From Epiperipatus broadwayi (lineage: Eukaryota > Animalia > Onychophora): a stretch of DNA of 64,000 nt. The translations under genes and the position numbers were made by a program. This document shows positions 40,201 through 54,275 of this stretch, in pieces (the stretch's first letter is position 1; the number at the start of each line of letters is the position of its first letter). The notes under the pieces are model-generated. The model had not been told where the DNA came from, did no database searches, and was given only the letters and a program-made list of their open reading frames with translations. The stretch spans positions 25,420,001 through 25,484,000 of the forward strand of contig JAQFVV010000003.1 in assembly GCA_028023455.1 (NCBI GenBank), given 5' to 3'.

Positions 40201-42720
40201 TTTTATATCTTGACCTATTTCCATCTTCTAATATTAAGTATTGAATGTCTTTAGAAAAATTTAACTTTATTTAAATTTTCCAGTTACATTCAACTGTTGG
40301 TAATGGCACACAGGTTCGTAAATGCACAATGTTTTGAGAGACAGTATTAGCATTGGAATCAAACCTGGATGCTTAGATTCCTGAATACTGAATTATAAGG
40401 TAGCCCTCTTGTCAAAGGTGACAATCAGTAAAATTTCATATACTTATCTATGAGGTTCCTTCTGATTTATCCATTTTTTCCTAAAAGCAAAGTTGATTAG
40501 TGATTTCCATACATTATTTATAGTAACACAAGGTTAACTTATGAGGTTATTCACAATTGTCATGTATTATCTTGATTGTACATTTTCCTCTCTATATAAT
40601 ATTTTTGTATTTTTCCAATTGTACGTATGGTCTGATACCTTAACCACATCTGTTTTTTCTCTTCTAATCATCATTTTGTGCTCTTGCAATCACTTTTTAA
40701 TGGGGTGTCTTGTCTTACTAATATACATTTTCTCATAGTTACATGATATTTCATAGATGCCATTTTTGCTTTTCAGCATTTCAAATGTAGACTTTGTAGA
40801 TGTTAGAATTACTCATAGTGTAAAGTTGTTCTGATTGTAGATTTTCCTTAATTTGTCTGCTATTTTTGGTATTAGTGCACTATAGTACCAATAATTGTTT
40901 TTTCTTTTGATGGTTCCTTTTGTTGTCTATTTAAGGCTTTCTTAATTGCAGCTGCTGTGTAACCATTTTTCATAAGAGTTGCTTCTATATAGATTTTTTC
41001 TTTTTTCAAATTGCTGTTTTCTGAAAAAATTTCTTTTGCTCTGTTCTATAATAATAGTATAACTTTATATTTTGTGTTTCTGATATGGTTGGATATATAT
41101 GCTAGGTTTTCTGTAAACTGTAGTTTTGATTTTATGTGGGAGTCTTGTCACAGAATATCAATTTTTGTTCTTATTCTGAATCTATTGTGAATTTAATCCA
41201 AGGGAATATATTGTTAATGTGTTTCCAGAAAGTTTGTAGTAGTGTTTCACCATATGGTCATACAACAAATGTATTATCACACAGTAAACCCAAATTTTAG
41301 GTAGATATGGAGTAGATTTCATGGCTGTGGTTTCAAGGTCTTCCATGTAAATACTGATAATCAAGGGTAATAATGGTGAGCCCATAGCCATTCTTGGATT
41401 TTGTTGGAACAATTTTGTGTTATATTGAAGGTAGATTGTTGTTGTGGATAATGTTAATAGTTTCATTATACTATCAGTAAGAAGAGTTGTTCTGGTTTGT
41501 AGCTATTATCATCATTTAATTTTTTACTTACAATAGACCACATGGTACATGTGTGAATAAATTTATCACATCAAAGCTTACAAGCATGTCATTTCTTTCA
41601 ATTTTCATGTTTTTGTTTAATTCTACATTAATTCTACAAATGTTTAGAATCCCTGACAAAGGACTGGATCTTGTATGCCAAAAGACTAAGAACTTTGAAA
41701 ATAAACTTTGACAAAATTTTGGCAAGGTGATTTTCAAGAACGAACAATAGGTTTTAATGGAACATAAATCTTATGGATTTAGATAAACCATAAATATGAA
41801 AAAAAATTGCTCAAATAAGATGTTAGTTTACTTTCTCTAAAAGATGTTAGTTTACTTTCTGAGTAGTGTTTGTGACTTTGTTTCTGTACTCAATATTGAA
41901 TTTTTTGCCACTTTTCTATATTGACCTGCTATGAGGAGTTCTTGTATTTTGTTGTCGTAAACAGTTGAATCCATTACAATTGTTACATTGCCTGTCAGCA
42001 GAGAGAATGATTATAGATTTATCTACTTTGAGAGATTTAATCACTTTTCTCTCATCATGAAATATGTTTTACTTCAATTTTTATTACATCTCAAGTGTTT
42101 TTTTTTACTCTCTAGTGTAATTCTGCTGCTTCTTCTAATGGCTTCCTCAGAAGCTGCTATTAATCTAATAAAGGGATATTAAATGGTGTTATGGCAAAGT
42201 TTAATTCTTTTTCAAGAACAGAAATTTCAACATTTGTTAGATGTTTAGAACTAAGATTTTTAACAGATGAAATTGGTATACTGCTTGGTACATTATGACT
42301 TTTGATATACCCATGTAGATTTGCAAGTTTTTTCTTTTGGCATTCTTTTATTTTTTCCATGTAATATAGAATATGATTTTCTTACTGCTTGAGAAACTCT
42401 TGTCAAACATCAGTAAGTTTATTTTTTAGAAAAACATTCTACATTATTAATGCAATGCAAGGTTTGATACTTGGAAAACTTTTGAGCATTTATTCTTCTC
42501 CTAACAGAACTTCACTTGCTCTCTGAGTAATTTTGAGTAAATTGGAGGTTTTAATTGCAAACCCTTAGGAACTATCTCTTCAGATTTACCTGCAGAACTT
42601 TTGATAACAACAAAAAAAATGAAGTCAAATATATCCTATGTCGAGAGGAAAGCAATTAAATCTCTCAAAGTAGATAAATCTGTAATTTAAGCTTTATTCA
42701 TTTAAAAAAATAGAATAGAA
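40201..42720 (-). mobile_element. Penelope-like retroelement, longest copy, decayed
   Basis: SKHLTNVEISVLEKELNFAITPFNIP (PLE N-terminal region), DMLVSFDVINLFTHVP, and QQNPRMAMGSPLLPLIISIYMED, followed by the terminal repeat at 40201-40440. Confidence 0.9.
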
Positions 42721-42825
42721 TGTGACCCAAATCTTCTCCATCCAACAATTGGTAAGCATTAATTGTATGCTTGGTCAGCTATATTTAATAATCTCTCTAC
42801 TGTCTTAAATATAATTGACCTAGAT

Positions 42826-43305
42826 CAGTGGTCTTCAACCTTTTCATACCTGCGGACCGGTAAAAATAAGGATAAGGTTCTGCGGACCAGCAAAAATAAG
42901 TATAACAGTTCGCAGACCGGCAGAAGTCTATAGATAAATTTTCTTAAAGATAAGCATAATTGTTATAACTGATCAAAACAACAATGTTAAATATATAAGA
43001 TAAAGTTATATATATATGGAGTTTATATAATAAAAAACTTTTTTTAAAAATTTTTTTAGAAAAGTAATAAAAAATTTAATTCTACCTCCCCCCCCCCCCA
43101 TAAACATCTGTGATAACTAGAAAAACAAATTAATTTTAGATTTTGTTTTCGTTCTGTTTTCTTTTTTTTTTTAATTGGGTAAAAATGAGATGAAAAAATA
43201 AATAAAAATTGGCTATATTAATTAAAAGTTTAAACTCTTAATTATTTATTATTACAAACTTTTTACTGCCCGTCTAGCACGCGGACCAAGGGTTGAAGAA
43301 CACTG
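42826..43305. mobile_element. Non-autonomous hAT (Charlie-type) element
   Basis: TIRs cagtggtcttcaacc / ggttgaagaacactg, with flanks acctagat / acatagat. Internally deleted relative of 13069-13846. Confidence 0.88.
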
Positions 43306-43949
43306 ACATAGATGAGGTAGTGTAAAAATGGTTGTAATCAAAAAATCTTGCTAAGTATCTGTATTTTGTTGGTGAATGAAGCAGTAATAACAGCAGAACA
43401 AGTGATAATAACAGTAATAAAGCATATTTCTGTTTAACCTGAATACATATATATAATAAATAAAGAGGGTGCTAATAGCTCTAAATAAGCTTTTTTTAAA
43501 AAATGATAAATGCAACAAAAGAAGGCATTTGAAATCTATTGTCACCATTCCCAGACCGGTTTCGAGACAATCCAAGATAAAGATTTCAAATTCTTTCTCT
43601 TGTCGCATTTATCATTTAAAAAAAAAATCTTGTTTAGAGTTATTAGTTCGCTCTTTATTTATTATATATTGGTAATGTAAGCTATATGGGTCATGTGATA
43701 TATGACTAATTTTCATTAATATATATATGGAATGTAATCAATCTCCTTGATATGAACTCATCATGAACTGAATATAAATCTGCTGTTGTAGATAAAAAGT
43801 TACTACTTTTACTCAAACTCATCTTGCCAAGAAAAAAGTTTAACTAAACAAATAAATTGTTATAAGTTTTTTAAAAGGTCATTAGTTTGTGAAGCTGAAA
43901 GGCACCGCATGATGTTGGATTCATTGTAAAATGTAAATTAGTACTTTTT

Positions 43950-44220
43950 ACTTTTGGAATTCTTGAATGTATGAGTCAAAAACTAATGATCTTAAAAAAA
44001 TGATTTTGAACATTAGGACCAATGTTCAGGAATTTAGAAAAAGCAAAATTTGTCGAATAATATTAGTATACTTTTATTTTGGAGAACTTTAATGCATATA
44101 TTGGTATAAATAATAAACTATTGCCAAAAGTTAACTGACATAATGGTGCTTCTCTGAGAAAATGACTAGTCCGTGAGTATTGAAGTTTACACACAATATC
44201 AGACTAACATATATTTAGCT
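43950..44220 (+). pseudogene. LINE AP-endonuclease relic
   Basis: ggagaactttaatgcatatattggt approximates GDFNA.IG, followed by a cataatggt (NG) segment. Frameshifted. Confidence 0.4.
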
Positions 44221-44249
44221 ATCATTTTACCTAAATAAGTAAAAAAAAA

Positions 44250-44680
44250 ATGTTTTTTTACTTGAAAGTTTATAAGAAGTTCAAAAACACTCTGACATAG
44301 CTGAGCTGTTTATGGACTTGAATGCCTGAATCTGCTACTCTATCACTGCATGGAACCATATGGGGCATTAATAATTTTATAAGAACTGTATCCATGCTTA
44401 CAACAATAGCATTTAAAAATTCTCTCCAAAATATTAACATTAAAATAAATCTTGCACTGAATCCATCAGTAGAAAATTTAATGGTCATGCTTTAGAAGTA
44501 ATTGCTATTCATACTATTTCAATAACTGCATATTAAAACTGCCATGAGATATTCAAGGTATTTATGTTACTGAGGCATTATAATTCTCTTAAGAGGTATG
44601 TTACCAGCTATAAGTAAGTCTAAAATTCTCTGTCAATAATTAAAGCCATCAGTCACTTCATTAAAGGGGAATATAAGACT
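44250..44680 (-). pseudogene. hAT/CGGBP1-like transposase relic
   Basis: LDLLIAGNIPLKRI...KYLEY...IKFSTDGFSARFILML resembles the (A/S)NIPL..L...F..FL and (S/T)DG(W/F)S segments of hAT-like transposases. Confidence 0.4.
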
Positions 44681-44957
44681 TTTTTTTTTTTTTGCTTAGA
44701 AGAATATTAAAAAAATTTGTACATTTGCAAGAATTATAAGGATTTAATTGCAAATTTTCAATAACTGGAAAAATATTTAAGTATGATTGGTGCAGTACTT
44801 TGATGAAATTTGGATGATAATGATAACATTCTGATCAAGTAAAAAGAATTTTTTGAATGTTTAATCAAGACATTTGATTCAATTAATTAAGGAGAAATGT
44901 GTATATGGTCAAAAATAGTGGTTGGTTGCAGAAGTTTATTTCTATTATTATATAGAT

Positions 44958-45371
44958 CAGATCTACCAGTCGATCATAAAGCCATTTTTGGTTGATTGCG
45001 AGACCAATTTGGCAAGAGCTGTTGGGTAATGAGTGAAACAAATTAAGTCAATATTTTCAAGTTTTTTATTTTTGTTTTTGTTCTAAATTTTTTTTCAATT
45101 CTGGATAGGTAAAATCCACTAAATCATATCATTATTGAAAATAATCTTGATTTAATGTAGCTAATTTGAATTAATAAATATTGTTAATAATTACTCATGT
45201 TGATTTAATTCCCCCAGACATGAATTTTTTGGCCTGTTAAATAATTATTTTTTACTAGATAGATATATAAAAATGGTATGTATTTCACACTTCCCTATGA
45301 CAACAAGTCAATCGCAAAACATTTTAAAAATAAAAAGTAGATCTTATGAACACAAAAGTTGGCCACCCCTG
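44958..45371. mobile_element. Non-autonomous hAT element with eroded left TIR
   Basis: Identical 8-bp flanks atatagat on both sides. The element starts with cag, contains atctaccagtcgatc, and ends aagttggccacccctg. Confidence 0.65.
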
Positions 45372-45895
45372 ATATAGATATTGTGTGATGGTGAGAGAAG
45401 AAACACACCTAGTAATAAAAAAAGCATGAGGCACTTGAAGTGAAAATTAATGTCATGCAAGAATTTGTATTAATTTTAATTTTGTTTTGCATTTTTATGC
45501 TAATGTCATTAAAAAATGTAGGAGTCATTTTTTTGTTGGAATTCTTCACTTGAAATGATGAAATAATAAACCAAAAACTCTATTTTCTTGGCTTTCGGGT
45601 TTTTTGGTGTTTATGCTATTTCTGTCAATTCAAAAAGTGATTTACAGAATATTTTTAATAATATGAATGCAATCTATAAAGACTTTGGTTTGATAATTTA
45701 TGTTCAAAATAATGTGAGTGTTTTTCCATTCAATGATGGGTGATGTAAAAAAACATCGTCAACTTGACTTTGATAATTATTACTTTATAAAACTGTGAGT
45801 CACTTTAAAGATATTGATGGCTTTTTAAGATAAAAATGTCATTGCAGAGGCTAAATACAGACTCCAATGTGCTGCCATTACAAACTACAAATTTC

Positions 45896-45918
45896 AATAA
45901 ATAATAATAATAATAATA

Positions 45919-46005
<87 letters not shown>

Positions 46006-46036
46006 GATGATGATGATGATAATGATGATGATAATG
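45896..46036. repeat. Compound microsatellite (ATA)n-(TAT)n-(GAT)n
   Basis: Directly visible; strand polarity switches at ~45920. Confidence 0.97.
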
Positions 46037-46949
46037 ATGTAATGAATTACTGCTTCAGCATTTATAAAAAGTTTGAATTCTGGAAGTGATGGATCTGGGT
46101 TATGATTCATGGAACCTTGATATTCAGTATATGACATTACCATTGCATCAGATTATGAAAAACATCTATAGAAGTTTGTAACCTGCTTTTCTGCACTGTC
46201 ATTTATTGTATAATGCTATGATTATAATACTATTCAGTATTGAAAGCACTTAGCTTTAAAATAAATTTCTTTATTATAAACCAAACCTGTTTTGCAGTTA
46301 AATTTTTCAACATTTACTAAATAAAAACATTTATGTATAATTTATTACAATGACATAAATACTCGGATCAAATAGATGTATATAGAATTGATTCATGCTT
46401 AATTATTCTAAGAATGTAAGAAATCAATTTTCTATCAATGTAACGCAAAGATAAAGAAAAAAATTCAGCCAAATATGCTTTGCAATAATTTATAAATGCT
46501 TTGTAATAACTTGAAAATAGGATGGTAAGATCATAAAATTATTTAATATAATTTTCAACTTTTTACATATAATGATATTGAATCTTCAGTTATAAAGTTA
46601 CATCTTCATTGGATTGGACATATAAAATTGATAAAATAACAGATTTTTTGTTAAAAAATATGTTTTTATGGTAAAGATAGCTCTATGTTCATTAAATAAT
46701 ATCTCTAAGGTAGTCCTAAAATGGTGCAATATTAATATCTCTCTTTACAATAACATGATGAGAATAAAATACAATAGAAAACTACAATTAGGGAAGATGT
46801 TGAAATCTTTTGGCAAAAGGAGATTAATTACAGATTGCAAAATAACAATTTTAAAAATATATGTGGGTATGCTTATGGTTAATTAAATGTTTTTTGTAGA
46901 CATTGCAAAACTCATATTTAATTAGTGTTTTTCTGAATGTTTGTGATGA

Positions 46950-47167
46950 TGGTGTTCTAGTTGTATTTTTATATTGGACTATGAGTATTGAATGTCTTTA
47001 GAAAAATTTAACTTTTATTTAAATATTCCAAATACATTCAACTGTTGTTTGATGTGCTATTACTAACAGTTGAATGTATTTGGAATATTTAAATAAAAGT
47101 TAAATTTTTCTAAAGACATTCAATACTCATATTAGGTGATGGAAATAATCCAATATAAAAATACAAT
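46950..47167. mobile_element. Inverted dimer of the family A terminal-repeat tail
   Basis: gagtattgaatgtctttagaaaaatttaacttttatttaaatattccaaatacattcaactgtt and its near-perfect reverse complement, centred at ~47055. Confidence 0.9.
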
Positions 47168-47422
47168 CATATTTAATTACTTTTTTTTAGAATTAAGTAT
47201 GGACATATTTATTTATAAATTATTTATAATGATAGATAAGACTCATTAGAATTTATTTAAATTATTTTTCTTATAAAACTTTTTTTTTAATTGCCAACAT
47301 GTATTACTATGGATTTTTTTTTTATCAGATTAGCATAGCAAAACAAAGAAATAGAGCAGATCAAAATTTTTTTTTAGGCATTTAAAAAGTCAAGGTTATT
47401 TTTTAATTATATACATAGAAGT

Positions 47423-47765
47423 ATGGAGAGATGCATGTTGGAAGTAACAAGAAGAGATAGAAAATGCAATATATGGATAAGAGACCAAATAGGTGTTACT
47501 AACTTCATTGAAAAAATTAAAAGACTGAAATGGAGTTGGGCTGGACATATTGCTAGAAGAGATGATCATAGATGGACAATTGAAATCTTAAATAGGATTC
47601 CAAGAGATTGTAAAAGATCCAGAAAGAGACCACATGTGAAATGGATGGATGAAATAAGAAAGTGTGCAGGAGTGATATGCAGAAGAGAAGCTAAAGATCA
47701 GAGAAGATGGATTGAACTTGGAAAGACCTTCATCCAGCAGTGGATTTGATAATGGTTGATGATGA
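47423..47765 (+). mobile_element. RTE-like LINE 3' end
   Basis: MERCMLEVTRRDRKCNIWIRDQIGV...KRLKWSWAGHIARRDDHRWT...RKRPHVKWMDEI...WIELGKTFIQQWI* is a typical RTE-type C-terminus, followed by a short gat-rich tail. Confidence 0.85.
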
Positions 47766-47884
47766 CTATCATATGATTATAAACAATAATATATCTTTCT
47801 GTGTGGAATAAAATGATCAATGCTTCTAATAAATATTTGTAATAATTAAGTCTTTCAGTTTGTTATATTCTCTCATCAAAACAA

Positions 47885-48128
<244 letters not shown>

Positions 48129-49269
48129 CACTATTTATTGCTCAATGTAAAATTTCCCATATGTACATATATATGGTATAAATGTACTATGGGATAGGTC
48201 TATTGAAATATTGCTGGCTTAAATTTGTATATAGCTAAATGTTAAAACATTCAAGCTCCAAAATAGAAATGTTTGTCTGTCATTTCTATGAGATGTTCCA
48301 AATTTTTAACTTACTTAACAAACCAGTGTTACTGTTGAAATGCACGTTTAATTAAAGGAATTGATCTGATAAATTTTGCATTGAATGATAATTTAAGATT
48401 TATAACAAGTGTAGGAGTATTATGTCATGAATATAAAATGACTGATCATTTTATGCCTAACATTGAATTTTCTATCAGTATTACATAAGTCAATAAAGCT
48501 TGAATTATGGAACTGAAAAGAAGTCAACTTTTTTCTACAACTGCTAAGATCTCAAATAGTCAGAAATACAAAACAATGTAAACAGATGCAAAACTAAATG
48601 AACCAAGATGTTAGTAATTCAAAAATAACTTTTCATTTTATGTTTATAAGATTTAGTATTAATCCATTTTTATTCTTGAAACCATCTATAACTAATTCTA
48701 TAAGAAAATTAATTAGTACATAATGTTATATTGGAATCAAATGTAGAAAAACACAAACTTATATATCTAAAATTAAATTTTCAAGTTTAAAAAGAATTAA
48801 TTTTATCTTGTAAAAATAAAATGGAAAACCGTTTATTTATAAGAGGTTAATACCTAAGATCATTTAGTTTTATGTCTATTGCTTACTTTGTTCTAAATTT
48901 CAGATTACTTAAGATGTTAATTATAGTAAGAAAGAGATTTACTTTTTCTCTGGCTGCTTAATTTGAGTTTTGTTAACATAGAAAAGCATTTTGATTATAA
49001 AAATGGAGAAGAAACATATTGGGCTGGGGAGAAAAGATTCGCATACAATGTGTTTTTGAAAGATTCTTTAAAAAAGGTTATTTAGATAGTATTGTGCTAT
49101 ATGTAATAGAAAACTGAACTTTCATTATTTAAAAATCAATTTATTATATCTTCTATTTACTAGCAAGCCATTATATAAACTGAGCTAATTAACAAGAGCA
49201 AGTATGAAAGAAGTAGGAAAAAATGTAACACCACTTTAAAAAATAAGGTGGCTGCATTTATTTGATTCT

Positions 49270-49850
49270 GGGCTTTTTTAGTTGATGATTTTCATGCACT
49301 TTTTGATATAAATTTATTTTTTACTTACCGATTTTCAGCCACTTTTTGATATAAATTTATTTTTTACTTGCCAATTTTCAGAGTTTTTATATGTGTAGCC
49401 TTGGGATTTTTTAATTGATGATTTTCATGCACTTTTTGATATAAATTTATTTTTTACTTGCCGATTTTCAGCCACTTTTTGATATAAATTTATTTTTTAC
49501 TTGCCAATTTTCAGCATTTTGATATGTGTATCCTTGGGCTTTTTTAGTTGATGATTTTCAGCCACTTTTTGATATAAATTTATTTTTTACTTGCCAATTT
49601 TCAGCGTTTTTGTATGTCTAGCCTTGGGCTTTTTTACTTGTTGATTTTCAACCACTTTTTAATATAAATTTATTTTTTACTTGCCAATTTTCAGCATTTT
49701 TATATGTCTAGCCTCAGGCTTTTTTACTTGTTGATTTTCAGCCACTTTTTGATATAAATTTATTTTTTACTTGCCAATTTTCAGCGTTTTAATATATCTA
49801 CCCTCGGGCTTTTTTACTTGTTGATTTTCAGACACTTTTTGATATAAAAA
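49270..49850. repeat. Minisatellite, ~90-bp unit built from shorter sub-repeats
   Basis: (g/a)ccactttttgatataaatttattttttacttgccaattttcagc recurs at ~49561, 49651, 49741 and 49831, with shorter variant units upstream. Confidence 0.92.
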
Positions 49851-50334
49851 TTTATCACTTGCAGGCTTCAGACTGGTTGTTGATGGTGGCGCAGCGCTGC
49901 CTGGTGGAAACATAGCACGTCGGGTTAAAGTACCAAAAAATTATAATGAAATGTTTGATGCTTAATTTTATATATATAAAGGCAATAAAAACTCATGAAA
50001 ATGGATTATTTTATACAAAGGCAATGCAAATGAAAAACTAGAAAGAAAAACTTACGGTATCATTTTATATAAAAACAAAATAGACTAATAAAAACAAATG
50101 GTATAATTTTATGAACAAAAAAAAATCATTTTTAGATCACATTATCACAACTGAAAGTAGTTTAAATGTTTTTGAAAAATGCTTCCACTCAGTTATGATA
50201 TCTTCTAACAGATATCCAAATGAGTTTTCCCTGACAACTGTAAGGTAACAGCCAACTAATACTTACTTCTATATATTTGCATGAAGACTGAAATTTTCAA
50301 AAATACAACCTCTGTAATAATTATATGTTGGAAT

Positions 50335-50755
50335 TTTTTCCATCATCTAAGGTTAAATATTGAATGTCTTTAGAAAAATTCAAACTTTTGAAATAATGTT
50401 AGCAATAGGACATAAGTTAATCTTTAACACAATGTTTTGAGTGGTATTTTTCTTCTCTCTTCTTCAAGTATTGCTGACCTGACTAGTGACAGTATTACCA
50501 TAGAAATCAAACCTGTATCTTTAGATTCATGATCCATAAATTTAAAGGTCCAAGTTCAGTTCCCATATTAATACTGTCACTGGTTAGGCCAATAACACCT
50601 GAAGAAGAGAGGATAAAAATATCAATCACAACATTGTGTCATATATTAACTTGTGTGTTAGTACTAACATTATTTGAAAGTTTTAAATAAAATTTGAATT
50701 TTTTTTAAAGATATTCAATATTTAATATTAAATACTGGAAATATTCCAACATATA
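50335..50755. mobile_element. Inverted head-to-head dimer of the family A terminal repeat
   Basis: Left arm (minus) and right arm (plus; acacCTGAAGAagagagg at ~50595) meet at ~50540. Confidence 0.85.
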
Positions 50756-50924
50756 ATTATTACTAAATTGTCATCATCATAAACTTTCAGTCACATGATC
50801 TTTGTGTTTTATCTAAATAATCATTACAATAATGTTAGATATTAAATAGTAGCTTGAATGTCTGCCCAACCCTCATATATGTGCTTAAATGAGTTATGTC
50901 CTGTACATGAGGGGTCAGAATGAC

Positions 50925-51270
50925 TTATGGTCAACCTGGGTGTGATGAGATTGTCAGCATCAGTGTAGGCTTTGAGCGTTCCATTATCAGATTTTCAATA
51001 GGATGGATGGCTGAAGAGTTGGAGGGTGGAGTGGAGTGAAGACTGTCCATTAAAGTATGAAGATTGCCTATCTTAATATAAATCGGAGCTCTTGTTGTAT
51101 ATATGTGTAGAGATGACAATCTGGACGAACTGACGAGTGCTGGTTTAGCACGAAATAAGTATATTGGTGATTATTTCTCTTTTAGATATATATGTGATCA
51201 AGAGTATCAGTAGTATGATAGTGTGGAGAGTTGAGGATCGTATGAGAGTCTGAGTTCAAAATACCCTATA
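50925..51270 (+). mobile_element. Repeat family B copy with hammerhead at 51126-51167
   Basis: cgaa CTGACGA gtgct ggttt agcac GAAA taagta TA ttgg. Stem II is perfect with a G-C closing pair; stem III palindrome and stem I each carry one change. Confidence 0.85.
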
Positions 51271-54233
51271 TATTAACATTGTTTGTACAGATATATATAT
51301 ATAGCCTGTATGTTAGATATTAAATAATGATTTAATTAGAAAAAGCTAGCTTTCAGTAAAATTGTTTGTTTTGAGTTTTGAGAAAAAAAATTGATATTGG
51401 TGGCAGAGACTGAAATTGATGAAAATATACCATTTTCTGTCATCCAAATAATAGTTCCCATAGTAGGAATGTTTAGAAGAAGAAAAAAAGTTAATTTTTA
51501 TTTTTATTAATAAGTGTTTGTTTTGAAAATTATAATCAGTAATAAAAGTTGTGTTTAAATAATTAATAAAAGAAAAAAAACAATGCTATTTTCAGACAGA
51601 AATTGTCACTTTTAAAAAAAATTATTTGGTTTTAAAAATTAAAATTGTTTGTTGTAATTTTTTTAATTTATCGATTAACGTCTTCAGTATGGTTTTATAG
51701 CTCTATCTGATATATAATTCTCGAATTTGTTATGTAGCTTGCTGTGCAAATAGTACCATTTTCTTAATTCTTAATTTTGCTATTTGATTTATTATATAAA
51801 AAATAAAAATAATTCTCGAAGTTTTACTTACTATTAGTTTGAAAAGTGTTATAGCATAAGAAACATTTAAGAATATTCATATAAACTTATATACCATAAT
51901 CAGTTATTTATGGTGATGAAATGAAAAAAAGAATCTGACATTGATTGTAATTTTGAAAAATAATAATCAACTGACAGACATTTGATAAAGATAAAACTTA
52001 ACTTGTAATCAGAACTGGACTCATAAATGAGGCAGCAAAGCATCCTCCTCAGGTGTCAAATTGAAATAGATACTACAGTGAATCATTATAATTGAATATA
52101 TGTACATTTTATGTAATACACATATTTTTCTACTGCATTCAATGTAGTGCTCAGTATACTATTTTAAACAATCTTTTCAATAATTTAAAATATAGTTTCT
52201 AAGGCTTGCCTCAGGCATCAAAACTGATCAGCCTGGCTAGATGAATAGATAGCTAGAAAGAAAGAGAGAAATGTAAGTGAAACAACCTTAACCAACAGAT
52301 TAGACAATAGTTTCTACAGAATCCGTTCAAACTAAAACCATAAAAAAAGAGAAGGCACTATCAGACAATCAACAACTGATTGATGGTTTACCTACCAAGT
52401 TATACCGCCTAGATTTTATCATTTTAGCAATAAATGAATGGAACAGCTATCAAAAAATAATCCACATCTACATAAAAAAATTTCAAGCTTCACCTAGGTT
52501 TGAACTACAAATATGTGGCAGTTACTTTTATATAAATGTAAATTATAACAAAATTCTAATGGTAGGTAAATTTTTTCACACTACGCAATGCAAAATTTAT
52601 GCTTAAACAATTAAATTGTTAATTTAATACAACAACAAAAATCTTTAGGAGTATTTTTTGGGCTCAATAATGGGATTCAATAAGCAAATATATCAATAAT
52701 ACTGATAGTTTATCAAAGGTTTTTTCCAGCAAAATAAAGTTGCTATTTTTTTCGATCAAGTCCATAATTTATTCAGAACACCTCTGAATATTAAAATTAT
52801 CTCACCTATAGTCTTAATCATAATCAGATTTATTATAGAAGTACCGAGCATCGAGCTGCATTAATGATGATCGTGCATACATCCATAATAATGCACATCC
52901 ATTAGAAATAGAAGCGCTAATATGAATAAAGAATTCTATTAATTGTCTGTATATGAGCAAAAATGTATTTCCCAGTAATTGGTTAACAGAAAAAATGTTT
53001 AATAGACAAATTGCAATTTATAACTTTTTTTTACTACTTTTTGTATATATATACAAGGAATAAATGTATGTGTGTGTGTGTGGGGGGGGGTTGATTTACT
53101 GTTCACTACTTTATGAAATATTATTGACTAACTAATTTGATTGATTAGATTCCTTAAACAAACAAACAAAAAAAAGAATTCAAACTAGTTTAGAAAAATT
53201 CTCGGCTATTAAAAAGAATCTTTTAACCGGGTTTGAACATGAAATTATAGATGTGGTGGGATTTTTTTTACTAATTACTACACCATAAGATTCTTTATAA
53301 AATAGTCTAATATTTTAAGCACAGATTTTCATCTTTTATGAGCACTCACCCATCAACAACATTTAAATAAGTCTTCAATTTATAAGCTACAAATAGTGTA
53401 AATTATGACATTGCTTACTGACAAAGATAGATGAGTAATTATTTCAATACTAATCTCTTCTTCATCTTTTTAGGATATGATCTATAAACAAACAAAGAAG
53501 AAAAAGAATCAAGCTAAATAAAGACCGGCTCTTTCCCCCTTCTCTATCTAGAAACCTGACTAAATTTGCTCCTATGAAAATATGAGCTATTTTGGCGGTT
53601 TGTGTTTAGTATACGGTTTTACATCTGCTTACAACTTCTATCATTAATTTCTCACTTTCTAACACCAAAAAGAAAACCTGCAATTTGTAGCTGTTTATCT
53701 TCTAAAAATAATTGAAGTCATATACTAATGAAGTAGAAAGAAAAAAAATTTTCAAACATTTTATATATCCTTTACAATACTGTACAATTAATAAATCGCA
53801 AATTTAAGAACAAGATTTGTAAATTTTTGAAAAGGAAATTGTTAGATTTATACAATAAGCGTAGCTAGAGAAAGTCAACGTGCCAATTGGCTCCTGGCCT
53901 TCTAGTTAAAAAAAAAAAAAAAGACCCACTGATATTGAAAGTAACATCACCAGAACTAAAAACAAAGTTGAATATTTTTTTAAAAAAGTATTTCGTCATT
54001 TGTGATGTCGGATTTCAAAAAGAATGCCTCAAACGATGTAGCTATTTTTAAGAATGGACCACGCGTACAAGCGTAGTTTGTAGTTTATAAAAGCTCCTAC
54101 TCAAATCACCCCCCCCCCCATCATTTGTTGAAATTATAAGCGTTATTAATGATTGTGTTTATATATAACAAATGTATATAATTTTTTTTGCTATTTTATC
54201 CTTTTTGTAATAGAATAAAATGTTTTTCGTCAA

Positions 54234-54275
54234 GCGTTGGTGGCCGAATGGTTAGCACAGCTGTCTTACAAGCAG
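54234..54275 (+). pseudogene. 5' half of a tRNA-Val(TAC)-like sequence
   Basis: GCGTTGG TG GCCGAATGGTTAGCAC A GCTGT ctTACaa GCAGT. The anticodon stem-loop folds, but there is no T arm or 3' acceptor strand. Confidence 0.55.

Noticed and set aside
50995-51052. Second CTGAAGA in family B, enclosed by an atggacgg/ctgtccat-type stem
   Set aside because: The downstream GAA(A/G) is not conserved and leaves no room for stem III or a UH site; it is a hairpin, not a hammerhead.
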